From Candidatus Latescibacterota bacterium (lineage in GTDB: Bacteria > Latescibacterota > UBA2968 > UBA8231), in the NCBI GenBank assembly GCA_965206595.1, contig OZ242214.1, positions 3,840,001 to 3,904,000 on the forward strand: DNA of 64,000 nucleotides, in the 5' to 3' direction. The notes below the pieces were generated by a model. It searched no databases, was not told the origin of the DNA, and saw nothing but the letters and a program-made list of their open reading frames with translations. This document shows positions 19,106-29,863 of the stretch, piece after piece; the stretch's first letter is position 1, and each line of letters opens with the position of its first letter. A program made the position numbers and the translations under genes.

Positions 19106-19966
19106 ATGACGGGTGAACCCATCCTCTATGAGATGCACATGCACACGCCCCTGTGCCGGCACGCCCGCGGGGAGCCGGAAGAGTACGCCCAGGTAGCGCA
19201 GCGGCGCGGGCTGCGGGGAATCGTCGTCACCTGCCACAACCCGACAAACGATGGCTGGTCCCGGGACGCGCGCATGAGCGTCGCTGAATTCGACCGCTAC
19301 GTAGACCTTGTCGAACGGGCGCGAACGGCGTGGGCGGGACGTGTGGATGTCCGCCTCGGCATGGAAAGCGACTATGTCCCGGGAATGGAACCGTGGCTGG
19401 AGGAGCTGCACGGCAAAGCGGATTTCCATCACGTCCTCGGTTCCGTTCACCCCCACCTGAGGGAATACAGGGAGCGCTACCATACCGGCGACTTCGAAGC
19501 GTTTCAGCGAACCTACTTCGAACATCTGGCGATGGCGGCCGAGACCGGGCTCTTCGACACCATCGCCCATCCGGACCTGGTCAAGATCACGGCCCCGGCG
19601 GAGTGGAGTTTCGAGCGCGCCGCCGATGCCGTTCGCCCCAACCTCGACCGCATTGCGGCTGCCGGCACGGCGATGGAGTTGAACACCTCCGGACTCAACA
19701 AGAACCCGTCCGAAATGAACCCCGGCCGTGAAATGCTCGGCGAGATGCACGCACGCGGCATTCCGGTCGTTGTAGGTGCCGACGCCCACGACCCGCACAG
19801 GGTGTCGGCAAACTTCGAGGACGCCCTCGAGGTGCTGAGCGAAGCCGGGTACACGAGTGTCAACATCTTCCTCGACCGGCAGCGCCGGGAGATTCCCATC
19901 GACCGGGCGCAGGCAAGCCTGGTGGGGAATGCGCAGACAACTGCGGACGCCCCACTGACTGCATGA
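19106..19966 (+). CDS. PHP-family histidinol-phosphatase (HisJ-like)
   Basis: HMHTPLCRHA, TCH, GME, LGSVH, IAHPD, ELNTSG, GADAH. Confidence 0.88.
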   Translation: MTGEPILYEMHMHTPLCRHARGEPEEYAQVAQRRGLRGIVVTCHNPTNDGWSRDARMSVAEFDRYVDLVERARTAWAGRVDVRLGMESDYVPGMEPWLEELHGKADFHHVLGSVHPHLREYRERYHTGDFEAFQRTYFEHLAMAAETGLFDTIAHPDLVKITAPAEWSFERAADAVRPNLDRIAAAGTAMELNTSGLNKNPSEMNPGREMLGEMHARGIPVVVGADAHDPHRVSANFEDALEVLSEAGYTSVNIFLDRQRREIPIDRAQASLVGNAQTTADAPLTA

Positions 19967-20565
19967 TCAGGACCGTCATCTGCGATCTGGGGGGAGTGTA
20001 TTTCACCGACGGCTCGGCGCTGGCAATCGAACGCATAAGCGCGAGGTACGATATCCCGCGGGACCATGTCGGGGATGTGCTGATGGGGGATCTCGGCTCG
20101 CGGTACCGCCTCGGCGAGATAACGGCAACCGACTTCTGGGACGGAGCGAAAAAAGCCTGGGGTCTCGCCGCCCCTGCCGGCGAAGTCGAGAGAATCTGGC
20201 TGCATGCCTACGAACCGATCGCGGCAACGGTCGCCCTCGTTGACCGCCTTGGGGCTGCCGGGTACAGAACCCTCTTCCTGTCGGACAATGTCCGGGAGAG
20301 GATCGACTACCTCGAGGAGACCTACGGGTTTCTGCACCGGTTCGCCGCCGGCGTTCTCTCTCATCTCGTCGGGTTGCGCAAGCCGGATCCGGGGATCTAC
20401 GAGCTCGCCCTGGAAAAAGCCTGTTGTGCCGCGGCGCAGTGCGTCTTTGTCGATGACAAGCCAGCGATGCTGGAGCCGGCGAAGAGGATGGGCATGAGCA
20501 CGGTCGCCTTCGAAAACCCCGGCCAGCTGGAGCGGGACCTGCTCAGTCTCGGTCTCGCTTTCTAG
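19963..20565 (+). CDS. HAD-superfamily phosphatase
   Basis: DLGGV, LSDN, RKPDPGIY, FVDD motifs; ATGA overlap. Confidence 0.9.
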   Translation: MIRTVICDLGGVYFTDGSALAIERISARYDIPRDHVGDVLMGDLGSRYRLGEITATDFWDGAKKAWGLAAPAGEVERIWLHAYEPIAATVALVDRLGAAGYRTLFLSDNVRERIDYLEETYGFLHRFAAGVLSHLVGLRKPDPGIYELALEKACCAAAQCVFVDDKPAMLEPAKRMGMSTVAFENPGQLERDLLSLGLAF

Positions 20566-20586
20566 CTTCATCTTTCAGGGGAAGCC

Positions 20587-22299
20587 ATGGGCATTTTCTA
20601 CGATCTGGGTCGTCCCGTCGTCGGGGGCTGGTTTCAGGGCGGCTGGGTGCTGCACGACCCGGTGCGGGATCGCGACCTGCTGTGGGGGTCGGAACTGGGG
20701 CAGGAAGGGGCGGTGCTGTTCGCCATCGACGTCGACAGCGGCAAGGTGGTGGAGGAGCATCGCATCGGCTGCCGCGAATTCAACGCGACCCCCGACCCGG
20801 AGACCGGCCTGTTGTGGGTGGCGACCAACCACGGCCTCTTCCAGCCGGGCCACCTGCTGCTGTCCTGGAGTCCGCACACCCGCCGGCTCACTTCGCACGG
20901 CTTCCCCCCCATCAGCGGCCAGCGCTTCGCCGGCCCCCCCTTCCTTGCCGGCGACGGCCGCATCTACATCGGCTCCCATCCGCACGGACACGTGAGCAGC
21001 TTCGACCCGGGCGAGGGCACCTGGTGCGACTACGGTTGCCTGGCGCCGGAGCCGATCGTCCCGGGACAGCATATCTGGTGTTATCCGCAATCGGAAACCG
21101 AAGCGGGCGAAATCGTCTGCGCTATCACCCGCGATCCGGCCGCGGTGGTCGCCCTGGATCCGCGCACCGGAAGGACGAGAATCCTCGACGAGGCGCCGCC
21201 GGCCCCCGCCCGAGCGAAGCCTGCCCGTGACATTCAACCCCGTTTCCGGCTGGCCGCCGACTACGCCGTCGACGGCGAGGAGCGGCAGAGCGACTACAAG
21301 CCGCGCGTGGCGAGCGACATCTGCGGGCTCAATCCAGGGCCGGACGGCAGGATCTACGGCAGTACGATCATCTCCATGCACATGTTCCGCTTCGACCCGG
21401 AAACCCGCCGGCTCGAGGACCTGGGCCGCGCCGGCTGGAGCAGCGGCGAGATCTACGACGTCATCGGTTACGGCGACAAGGTGTACCTGGGCAGCTACGG
21501 CGGCGGCTACTGGGCGGTGTACGACCCCGGGAAGCCCTGGGATGCCCAGCGCGAAAACGAGGGCATGTCGCCGACCGCCAACCCGCGAAACTTCGGCCAA
21601 CTCGGCAAGGACATGAACCGCCCCTTCGAGTACGCCGTCGGAGCGGATGACCGCATCTACATCGCCTGCCGCGCCAACTACCGCATTCCCGGCGGCGGCC
21701 TGGCTCGGTTCGATCCGGCCTCCGAAGAGATCGAGGTCTTCCGCGACGAGGAGCAGAGCGTGCAGAGCGTCACGGCCGACAGCCGTTTCGTTTACGGGGG
21801 CACGAGCATTTCGGGGGGCAGGGGTTGTATCGAGACCACTACGGAGGGAAAGCTCTTCCTCTTCGAGGTGAATACCGAACGCCGCCTGTTCGAGTGCATT
21901 CCCGTGGCAGACGCCGACGCCGTCACCTCGCTGGCGGTCAGCAGCACCAGCGGCCTCGTCTACGGCAGCGTCAGCTCAGGCCGGCTGTTCGCCTTCGATG
22001 TCGACGAGCGCCAGGTGGTGGATCGCTGGGAGATGCGTTCCAGGGGAACGCCGCTGATGGGCGTGCCCGAGACCTACGGGATCATCCATCTGACCTGCGG
22101 CCACGACGGCGACATCTACGGTGTGACCCGAAAAGACGTATTCAAGCTCGATGTGAGCACCCACCGCATCCACTACCTCGACCAACCGCCCATCCCCGAC
22201 CTCTACCAGATCGTCGAGGGCAGACCCGGGGTGTTCTACATAGGCGCCCGCGGCCACCTGCTCGAATACCACCTCAAGGACACAGGGCATTTCCGGTAG
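20587..22299 (+). CDS. Beta-propeller protein of unknown function
   Basis: Repeated DGRIYxG / FDPxT blades; strong coding bias. Confidence 0.65.
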   Translation: MGIFYDLGRPVVGGWFQGGWVLHDPVRDRDLLWGSELGQEGAVLFAIDVDSGKVVEEHRIGCREFNATPDPETGLLWVATNHGLFQPGHLLLSWSPHTRRLTSHGFPPISGQRFAGPPFLAGDGRIYIGSHPHGHVSSFDPGEGTWCDYGCLAPEPIVPGQHIWCYPQSETEAGEIVCAITRDPAAVVALDPRTGRTRILDEAPPAPARAKPARDIQPRFRLAADYAVDGEERQSDYKPRVASDICGLNPGPDGRIYGSTIISMHMFRFDPETRRLEDLGRAGWSSGEIYDVIGYGDKVYLGSYGGGYWAVYDPGKPWDAQRENEGMSPTANPRNFGQLGKDMNRPFEYAVGADDRIYIACRANYRIPGGGLARFDPASEEIEVFRDEEQSVQSVTADSRFVYGGTSISGGRGCIETTTEGKLFLFEVNTERRLFECIPVADADAVTSLAVSSTSGLVYGSVSSGRLFAFDVDERQVVDRWEMRSRGTPLMGVPETYGIIHLTCGHDGDIYGVTRKDVFKLDVSTHRIHYLDQPPIPDLYQIVEGRPGVFYIGARGHLLEYHLKDTGHFR

Positions 22300-22430
22300 G
22301 GTGCCGACCGCTCAGGGCCGGCCGCGCAGCCCGGAGGGCAGTTTCATCGGGCTCCAGGTTATCCGCGGGACGCGACACTGGTGCGCGCGCAATTCCGCGT
22401 GAATCCGGCCGCTTACCTGCGGACGCGGCA

Positions 22431-24314
22431 CTAAACAGCCGGTGTGTAGCCGGCCTTCAGCCGCGCCGTGCGACCCGGCCGGCCGAAGGCGTTGACCCCT
22501 CGCACCTCCAGTTCGTTCTCGCCGGCCTGCAGCATCCACGTCAGCGGCCCCTCGGCAGCCTCCTCCCACTCACCATCGCCACCTCCGTCGATTCGGACCT
22601 GAAAGTGTGAGAAGTTCGGCGTCGCCGTCTCCACGTCGACTTCCAGGACACCGGCTTCCTCCCCCGCCCGCGGGTACAGGCGCGTCTGATTGACCGACCA
22701 GTTGAAATCGGCCGGCCGCGACGTCTGCAGCGAGTACTCGGGGTATTTCGGATCGATGTCGACCGACCACCACAGGTAGCCGTCCCTCTGGTACTGGCTG
22801 TAGCCATGGTACAGCTCGGCCGGTTCCGCCTGCACGAGATGGTTGTTTCGCAGAGGAATCCCGAAGCGGGCGAAGAGGCTGCCCCAGGATCCGGTCATCC
22901 TCGCCTTCGTCTTCTGCGGCAGCTTGCTGATTCTCAAGTGATGCGCTTTGCCGGCCTCGTGAAACCGGTGGAACTCGAGGGCGCCGACAGGCACGCCGCG
23001 GTTCTCGTACTGGGCGTTGTGCTCGCGGACGGGCCCTGCATCCTGGAGGATCCACTTCTGCAATTCGTCGGACCAGACCTCGGCCAGGCAGTGATGATCG
23101 ACGATGAGGACGCGGGCGACGTACCCCAGCGCCGAAGCGCAACCGGCGAAGACCGCGCCGTAGTGCGTGCACATGCCGAAGCCCCAGTTTCCCTTGGTCG
23201 TCTCGAGGATTTCGAGCGGATCCCACGTCGGACAGAAGGGATACTTTTCCGCCTGCCAGCCCAGCCACTGGCTGTGAACCCAGTCGCGCAGCAGGGCGAA
23301 CTTCTCCAGGTCCGTTTTCCCGGAGGCGACCACCTCTTTCAACCGGTACTGCTTGACCAGGCGATCGACGCGGAAGTGAGGCGTGAGGTAGTCGAAGTCG
23401 TACGAGCTGTAGGCGATGTCGGGCTGATCGGCATCGAGCAGCTCGACTCCGTCAAGCGAGCCCGGAGCTGCGGCAGAGTCGATGGTCAGCGCAACGCTCT
23501 TCAGGACTGGAGTCGCGGACGCCGAATCCGAGCTCAGAACTGCGCGCCATTGGGCAAAACGACCCGGGCTTTCGATTGCCGCCCCTGCCTCCCACGGACT
23601 CCAGTGCCGTGCCGAAAAGGCAGGGGTCGAGCCGGACCGCATCTCGAAGTCGATCCGCGTCCCCCGGGGCGCTGCCTTTTCGTGGCTCAACCGCAGGCGG
23701 CGGACAGCGACCCGCGGCGCAATGCCGTTGCCCTCCGGGTCGGCCACGTCGAAGACCGGCGACACCAGTTCGCCGCGCGGGGCGAACCCCTCGAGGCGCA
23801 GGCGCACCAGGTATTCGCCCCGTGTCCGTCCATCGGGACCAAGGGCATTCCTGTGCCAGGTCCGGCCGCCGTCGAAGCTGCGGCTGCTGCGGCCTCCCGG
23901 GCCCGGGTCGACGAAGAGGGTCCCGTTCATGAATACGATCTCGTTGAGACCCTTCTCGAGATGGCGGGCGGCGATGTGCGTCCGGTCCCATCCACCGGTC
24001 ATCATGCGTTCGACCTTCCGGTGATGGTCGAGGCGATGGCCGTTGACCGTCAGCCGCAGCGGCATGTCCCCGGTGCCGGCACCCTTGACGTAGAAAAGCA
24101 GCTCCGCGCTCTTGACCTGGGCCGAGGGGATATCGAATTCGACACGGGCCCGGTCGTCCCGGCCCAGCTCGTCGCCGAGCTCGCCACTGACCCCCTGCTC
24201 ATTGGTCAACATCAGGGTCGGAGCCAACCTGGCGCCGGCGCTGGTCCGGGCATCGACGAAACGGTCGCGGCGGTAGTCGCGAAAATCACTCCGGACGATT
24301 CGAGTGTTGGCCAT
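22431..24314 (-). CDS. Transglutaminase-like (Cys-His-Asp) domain protein
   Basis: LRDWVH...GMCTHYG...DHHCLAEVWSDELQKWILQD; start at MANT. Confidence 0.75.
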   Translation of the reverse strand: MANTRIVRSDFRDYRRDRFVDARTSAGARLAPTLMLTNEQGVSGELGDELGRDDRARVEFDIPSAQVKSAELLFYVKGAGTGDMPLRLTVNGHRLDHHRKVERMMTGGWDRTHIAARHLEKGLNEIVFMNGTLFVDPGPGGRSSRSFDGGRTWHRNALGPDGRTRGEYLVRLRLEGFAPRGELVSPVFDVADPEGNGIAPRVAVRRLRLSHEKAAPRGTRIDFEMRSGSTPAFSARHWSPWEAGAAIESPGRFAQWRAVLSSDSASATPVLKSVALTIDSAAAPGSLDGVELLDADQPDIAYSSYDFDYLTPHFRVDRLVKQYRLKEVVASGKTDLEKFALLRDWVHSQWLGWQAEKYPFCPTWDPLEILETTKGNWGFGMCTHYGAVFAGCASALGYVARVLIVDHHCLAEVWSDELQKWILQDAGPVREHNAQYENRGVPVGALEFHRFHEAGKAHHLRISKLPQKTKARMTGSWGSLFARFGIPLRNNHLVQAEPAELYHGYSQYQRDGYLWWSVDIDPKYPEYSLQTSRPADFNWSVNQTRLYPRAGEEAGVLEVDVETATPNFSHFQVRIDGGGDGEWEEAAEGPLTWMLQAGENELEVRGVNAFGRPGRTARLKAGYTPAV

Positions 24315-24421
24315 GGCATCCTTTCCGGTGATTTCGGTTGCTGCGTCCGGTCTCACAAGACCGGCCGGGGATACTTCATACGTCCTGATTTCGAACCTCG
24401 AGCAAACAGGAGGAGAGCCTG

Positions 24422-25165
24422 ATGATACTTGGTGAGATGAACTGGCCCGACATCCGCGACATGGACAAGGAACGCGTCGTCGCCGTCTACCCGATCGCTT
24501 CCTTCGAGCAACACGGGCATCACCTGCCGATGCTCACCGATACGATTCAGCTCGAGGCGATGGTGGAGCGCATGAACGACAAGGCCGGAGATCGAATCGT
24601 TACCCTGCCGACGCAGTGGCTCGGCTACTCTTTTCACCACATGCGTTTCGGCGGCAGCCTGACGGCGCGCTCGCAGACTCACATCCGGATGCTCGTCGAG
24701 ACGGTGGATGGACTGATCGGGGCCGGTTTCGACAAGGTATTGATTGTCAACGGTCACGGGGGCAACGGCGCCGACATGAAGGTAGCCCTCCAGAACCTGA
24801 AGGAGTCCCACGCCGACGCCCGCGTCTACGGCGCCTCCTGGTGGGGAGTATCGGCGCCGCAGTTGGACGCCCTGCGCGAAGCCGGACCCAGCGGATCGGG
24901 CCACGCCGGCGAAACCGAAACATCGATGATGCTGGCCCTGCGCCCGGACCTGGTGCGCACCGACCGGCTCCACCGGGACGGAGGCAAGCCCCCTTCTGCC
25001 TACACGGGCAGCGTCGACCGGTTTCGCAGAATCGACGAGCACAGCAGCCGCGGAAACGTCGGCGATCCCTCCTTCGGGACCGCGGAAAAGGGGGAGCAGA
25101 TGCTCGCTGCCGTGGTCGCTTGTCTGGTGGAAATCGTCGGCGACATACTGAATGGAACCCTCTGA
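24422..25165 (+). CDS. Creatininase/creatinine amidohydrolase family
   Basis: EQHGHHLPMLTD, NGHGGN, GHAGETETS, GDPSFGTAEKG. Confidence 0.92.
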   Translation: MILGEMNWPDIRDMDKERVVAVYPIASFEQHGHHLPMLTDTIQLEAMVERMNDKAGDRIVTLPTQWLGYSFHHMRFGGSLTARSQTHIRMLVETVDGLIGAGFDKVLIVNGHGGNGADMKVALQNLKESHADARVYGASWWGVSAPQLDALREAGPSGSGHAGETETSMMLALRPDLVRTDRLHRDGGKPPSAYTGSVDRFRRIDEHSSRGNVGDPSFGTAEKGEQMLAAVVACLVEIVGDILNGTL

Positions 25166-25298
25166 CGGCGGTCTCCGCCGTCCGTGCGGCTGCTCCATCG
25201 ATCGGGCCCCGCTCGAGCGCTCGCGCTCCGGGCGGCATCGAGCCTGAACCGGCAGCGATTGGACCTGGTCGAAAATTGAAAGCTCCATTGGAAAGTGA

Positions 25299-26117
25299 GT
25301 GAGTGCGATGCTGAAAATCGAATTGCTGGACCCGAACGACCCCGGCCGCGCCGCGGCGACCTTCCACCGCGACGGCTTCGTGGCGCTGCGGGACGTGTTG
25401 TCAGCGGAGCAGTTGCGCGCCATCCAGGCCTCCTATCGGGAGGTGATCGAGCAGGAACTGCACGCTGATCCGGAGCGCAAAGGCAATCGCGGCCACCATC
25501 GCTACTCCGCATCCGGCAGAGACAACCAACCGGAATGGAGCCTGCTCATGGACCTGCCGACCGTGCTTCCGACGCTGGATTCCATATGGAAGCCGGAGTC
25601 GCGCTGGCACAAGTCCGAATCGGGTGGAGCCGACTTCGTCTGCCGCGGCACTGGGGGAGACTACTCGCTGCCCGGTGCGCAAATACAGGAACTCCACTCC
25701 GACGGCCTGCTCGAAATTGCCGATCCCCACGATCACATCTCCATCCGCGACACCCCTGCCCCGCAGATAACCGTCAATATCACGATGATCGACTTCACCG
25801 TGGAAAACGGCGCCACCCGGATCATCCCGTTTTCGCAGCGGTCGCGCGCCGCGATCCCAACCCTGGCGGAAGAGCCGGACTGGATGAAAGAGTGCACGGT
25901 CTGCATGCCGGAGGGAACCGCCATCCTCCGCGACATCCGCACCTGGCACGGCGGCACCGCCAACAACTCCGACGACGTACGGGCCATGACCGGCGTCGCC
26001 TACCTCGCCCCCTGGTTCCGCTACCGCAGCGACTCGAAAACCCTGACCCGCGAAACGTTCGAAAACCTGTCCCCTCGCGGGCAGGAAGTCTGCCGCTATC
26101 TGGTTCAGGATTCGTGA
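25299..26117 (+). CDS. PhyH family Fe/2OG dioxygenase
   Basis: FHRDGF, QELHSD, DFTVENGAT, WHGGTAN...R; start may be 25308. Confidence 0.87.
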   Translation: MSAMLKIELLDPNDPGRAAATFHRDGFVALRDVLSAEQLRAIQASYREVIEQELHADPERKGNRGHHRYSASGRDNQPEWSLLMDLPTVLPTLDSIWKPESRWHKSESGGADFVCRGTGGDYSLPGAQIQELHSDGLLEIADPHDHISIRDTPAPQITVNITMIDFTVENGATRIIPFSQRSRAAIPTLAEEPDWMKECTVCMPEGTAILRDIRTWHGGTANNSDDVRAMTGVAYLAPWFRYRSDSKTLTRETFENLSPRGQEVCRYLVQDS

Positions 26118-26148
26118 CGGGAAACGACGCACACCTCGCCGGCGCGGG

Positions 26149-27741
26149 TTACACCTGGTAGGCGAATATCTTGGCCTGGAACATCTTCAGCCGGACAGCC
26201 ACCATCTCGCCCACCCCGGAGAGGTCGCTGCTTCCCTGCCAGGTCACCACCCGGTCGGCAGCATCCCCCGTCAGGCGGTCGCACTCCTCGAAGGTGAAGC
26301 CCGGGAGCGGGTCGACGTCGCCGTGGAACATGGAGGGCATCATGCGCATGAGCTCCACGCTCACCCACCCCCCCGGCTGGCAGCGGTAGTTCAACCGCAG
26401 CTCGTCGTTGCGCCGGTAGAGGGTCGGTATGGTGAACCGCCCCTCGTTCCGCGCCTCGAAACCGCAGAAGCGGTGCGGCTGCCACAGGGCCCAGCCCATC
26501 TTTCTCGGCTGCTGCTGCGGGAACAGGGCGGCGGCGTACTCCTCCTTGACGTTGTGAAGCCTCGATTCGGCCCAGTACTGGGCGCCCCAGTGTCCGTCCG
26601 GCAGCTCGAAGATTCCGGCGGTGCCCATCATGCCCTCTTCGCCGCTGCCGGGAGGGCCCAGCGTCACGATGGGCCGGCGTTCCGGGCGGTACCAGATCAG
26701 CCCATCCCGGCTGAAGGCAATCTGCACGTCCATCTGGCCGGTCATATGGTGGAAGACCGGCGTCAGCATGCCGTGGAGGTCGGTGCGTCCCGGATACGGA
26801 AAGTAGCTGTGAGCGTAGAAGGAGATGTCGAAGTCGTCCTGGGCATCGGGATGCATCACCAGCTTCGAGGCCGGCCAGCGGCGAAAGTCTTTCGTCCTGC
26901 AAAAGCCGTTCGCCCGGCGTACCATCTCCACCTCCTGAACGCCTGTCCCGATACCCTTCGGATCCTCCGGGGCAAAGCCTTGAGGCTGCATGTACGCGTA
27001 GTAGGTGCCGCTCTCTTCATCATACCCGGCGACGATGCCCCCGTTGACGGAGTACTCCGCCAGCGGCTCCTCGATCTGCTTCCAGCCACGGAAGCGGTCC
27101 GGGGACGTCCAGCCGACCATCCACCCCCGCAGCACCACCTTGGGGCCCCGGTAGTCCTCCCCCCCCTCGTAGTGCATGGCATCCCACCGCTTTCTGGCCT
27201 CCTCGTCAGCCAGCTTCTCCCAGGTGTCGGGGTCGTACCAGCCGGCCCCGGCCCCCATGGCCTTGAACCGCTCCTCGGGCGGGGCCGAGGGGTCCTCGAA
27301 AATGCCCCCCTCCGGGTGGGTGTCGGCGCGGATGTTGTTCTTTTTGGAGCCGTCGTACTCCACCTCTCCCAGGTCGGGACGGGTCCAGTGGTAGCAGTCG
27401 TCGCTGACGGCGTAGCAGGTGCCCGTCCCCGCGGCGTGGTAGAACATGTGATAGCGGCCATCTTCGTACCACAGGTCGCTGGGAGAGAGCCCCCCCTTCT
27501 CCCACTCGACCTCTCCATCGAAAACCACGGGGGCCTTGGCGGCCTCTTCGACCCTGAGCTCGATTCCGACCGGGGCGTCGTACAGGTTGTACTCCCCCTG
27601 GCGGGAGACACTTCTGTTGCCGGGAAAGATCTCCGAGACGTCGATCAGCGGCATCCACGTCCCGGGATTGCTTCTCGGCCTTACCCAGTCGCCCGGGAAG
27701 AAGCCCTGCCAAGGTCCGGAAAGAACTCTCTCTTCAGCCAT
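26149..27741 (-). CDS. Glycoside-hydrolase-like beta-propeller protein (distant paralog of 155..1621)
   Basis: YAVSDDCYHWTRP, EERFKA, AFSRDGLIWYRP, C-terminal LRLNY...VRLKMFQAKIFAY; AGGAGG RBS. Confidence 0.7.
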   Translation of the reverse strand: MAEERVLSGPWQGFFPGDWVRPRSNPGTWMPLIDVSEIFPGNRSVSRQGEYNLYDAPVGIELRVEEAAKAPVVFDGEVEWEKGGLSPSDLWYEDGRYHMFYHAAGTGTCYAVSDDCYHWTRPDLGEVEYDGSKKNNIRADTHPEGGIFEDPSAPPEERFKAMGAGAGWYDPDTWEKLADEEARKRWDAMHYEGGEDYRGPKVVLRGWMVGWTSPDRFRGWKQIEEPLAEYSVNGGIVAGYDEESGTYYAYMQPQGFAPEDPKGIGTGVQEVEMVRRANGFCRTKDFRRWPASKLVMHPDAQDDFDISFYAHSYFPYPGRTDLHGMLTPVFHHMTGQMDVQIAFSRDGLIWYRPERRPIVTLGPPGSGEEGMMGTAGIFELPDGHWGAQYWAESRLHNVKEEYAAALFPQQQPRKMGWALWQPHRFCGFEARNEGRFTIPTLYRRNDELRLNYRCQPGGWVSVELMRMMPSMFHGDVDPLPGFTFEECDRLTGDAADRVVTWQGSSDLSGVGEMVAVRLKMFQAKIFAYQV

Positions 27742-28022
27742 TTTTTCGCCCTCCTGAGCGACGCCGCGAGTACGGGCGTGTTGTTTACGGCCTGAGCACG
27801 GGTGCGCCCACGCAGTCGGGCGCGAAAAGACTGAGGCGCATCCCAGGCCGTACAGTTTCAGGCTCGTTGGTCTCCACCTTCACTACCACGGGGGTGCGCA
27901 CACCGGGCGGCCCGGTAATGATCGCCCGGAGGTCGCACATCCTTCCATCCCTCATCCCGTTCCCTGTTCACAGTACATTCCGACCGACTATCGGAAGGAG
28001 TTGCGCAAAGGAGCACGGGCGG

Positions 28023-28948
28023 CTACTCCCTATCCAAAGACGCTTTGATCCGGCCCCAAGTGACTGACTCTGTTGCGGTGTCTTCTTGAGGATCAATCGG
28101 GGAGGCGGGCAGCAACAGTCCGTCGAGGTAAACATCCGCCCGGTAATGAGATAGCAGGTCCAGTCCGGGTCTTCAGTCTGGACTGCTTCAGGCACCAAGG
28201 TGCCCCAGCTGTATTCGTCGTCGCTGTCGCCCACGAGGATCGCAAAACCTATGACCTCTCCTGCAGTCAGATTGCTGACCACGACGTCTTCAGGCCGACT
28301 ATCCGGTCCCTGCCAACTGTCGTATGGAGTGACGTACAGCTCGATTACCCTGATGATCGGGTTTTCCCCGGCGACCCCACCGCCTACGTCTCCGAAGGGA
28401 GGAAAGAACATCCAGGACTCTTCTGTGTTGGTTACCAGGTACCCGCCGCTCAAGCCTGACCAGGAATGGCCATACAACGCAGGTTGGCCATCGGCCGTAC
28501 GGGCAATTGCCCCATATTGCTGCGATTCTCCCCAAAAATTCACTGCTTCGTCGAATTCCAAAGAACTCCCACCGCCGCTGTGATCTCCGTCGATAGCCAG
28601 GATAAGTTGGGGACTGCCCAACCTATCGGGTTCGATGTACACGTCGTCGCTGCCCAAGAAGGCGACATAGAGCCGAGCCGGGTCATCATGCCAGGCCAGC
28701 CAGATGCGGAAGTCCAGATCGGATGGATCAGGTAAGTTGCCCCCGGCCGTCCGGAAATCCACCAAGGCCATGGTGGGCTCGCCTACCAGATCGTACCACT
28801 CATCTGCCGAGCCGTCGTTCAGCTGAATTCTTTCCAGCATATCGTCGGTGAGCTCCGGAATGGGATACAGACGCTCGCCGCTGTGGGCGCCGGCGGATGT
28901 TGCCAGCGCGAGCATCAGGCAAAGGGTAGCGCAGCAGCTTTTCTTCAT
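28023..28948 (-). pseudogene. Secreted CBM9/DOMON-like paralog with a frameshift near 28165 (or a sequencing error)
   Basis: Signal peptide, DLDFRIWLAWHD; the alternative frame gives LDLLSHYRADVYLDGLLLP...TATESVTWGRIKASLDRE* ending at 28023. Confidence 0.8.
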
Positions 28949-29045
28949 GACTTACCTCCGGGTAGTACTGAAATTCCAAATTAAATGACGGACTAGTGTC
29001 GCGGCCCACGGATAACTTGGAAAATTCCGGCGGACAGGCACGATT

Positions 29046-29795
29046 TCAGGACGCGAAACGCCTGAGATCCGCCTTGTACTCCCAGCCGAGCAGCTCCCTG
29101 GCGCGGTCGACGTCGCAGGTGGCCGCGGCTTCCGGCGTCCCGGCGGCGTGGAAGACGTCGAATTGGACGCTGTCCGTTTCCAGGGCCAGCCGGCACCCCT
29201 CGGCGAGGTCGTGGCGGCAGACCCAGCTTTCGCTGAACCCCGTCATCGGCGTGCCCCCCTTGTTTATCCCGAGGCGCGCGTCGACGATCGAGCACGGGCG
29301 CAGCACGATGATCGACAGCCCCTTGCCCTCGTGGAACTGCCGGCACATCTCCTCCTGCAGGCGCTTGGTGACCGCGTAGAGACTGGCGTCGGGGCGCCTT
29401 ACCTCAGGTCCGAAGAAGATCCCCTCCGGGTGCCTGGTCTGCGCCGAGCCGACGTGAACGACGCGCGCGATGCCTTTGCGGTCGCAGATCTCGAGCACGT
29501 TCCACAGGCCCTTCAGGTTGATGGTGAAGGGCAGGACGTCGCCGTCGCCGTACGCCCCTCCGAGCACGGCGAGGTGAATGACGCGGTCGATTCCGTCGAG
29601 GGCGCTCTCGACCGTCGCGAAGTCGGAGATGTCGCCGTGAACGATCTCCCCCTGCCTCCACTCGCCGTCGATCTCCGCGAACTGCTCCCAGGCTTCCGGC
29701 CCGGAGTCGAAGGCGCGGATTTCGTGCATGCCCTCCAGGTTTGCCAACACCGCCCGCCCCACCCAGCCCGCAGCGCCCAGTACCAAGACTTTCAC
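29046..29795 (-). CDS. NAD-dependent epimerase/dehydratase (uronate dehydrogenase-like SDR)
   Basis: GAAGWVG, IHLA, YAVTK; GTG start after GAGG. Confidence 0.88.
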   Translation of the reverse strand: MKVLVLGAAGWVGRAVLANLEGMHEIRAFDSGPEAWEQFAEIDGEWRQGEIVHGDISDFATVESALDGIDRVIHLAVLGGAYGDGDVLPFTINLKGLWNVLEICDRKGIARVVHVGSAQTRHPEGIFFGPEVRRPDASLYAVTKRLQEEMCRQFHEGKGLSIIVLRPCSIVDARLGINKGGTPMTGFSESWVCRHDLAEGCRLALETDSVQFDVFHAAGTPEAAATCDVDRARELLGWEYKADLRRFAS

Positions 29796-29863
29796 CTCAT
29801 TCCTCCTTGTTTGCCCGGGTCAGGGGCATAAGCTACGTTGGGAAACAGGCGTCAGACAGCAGC

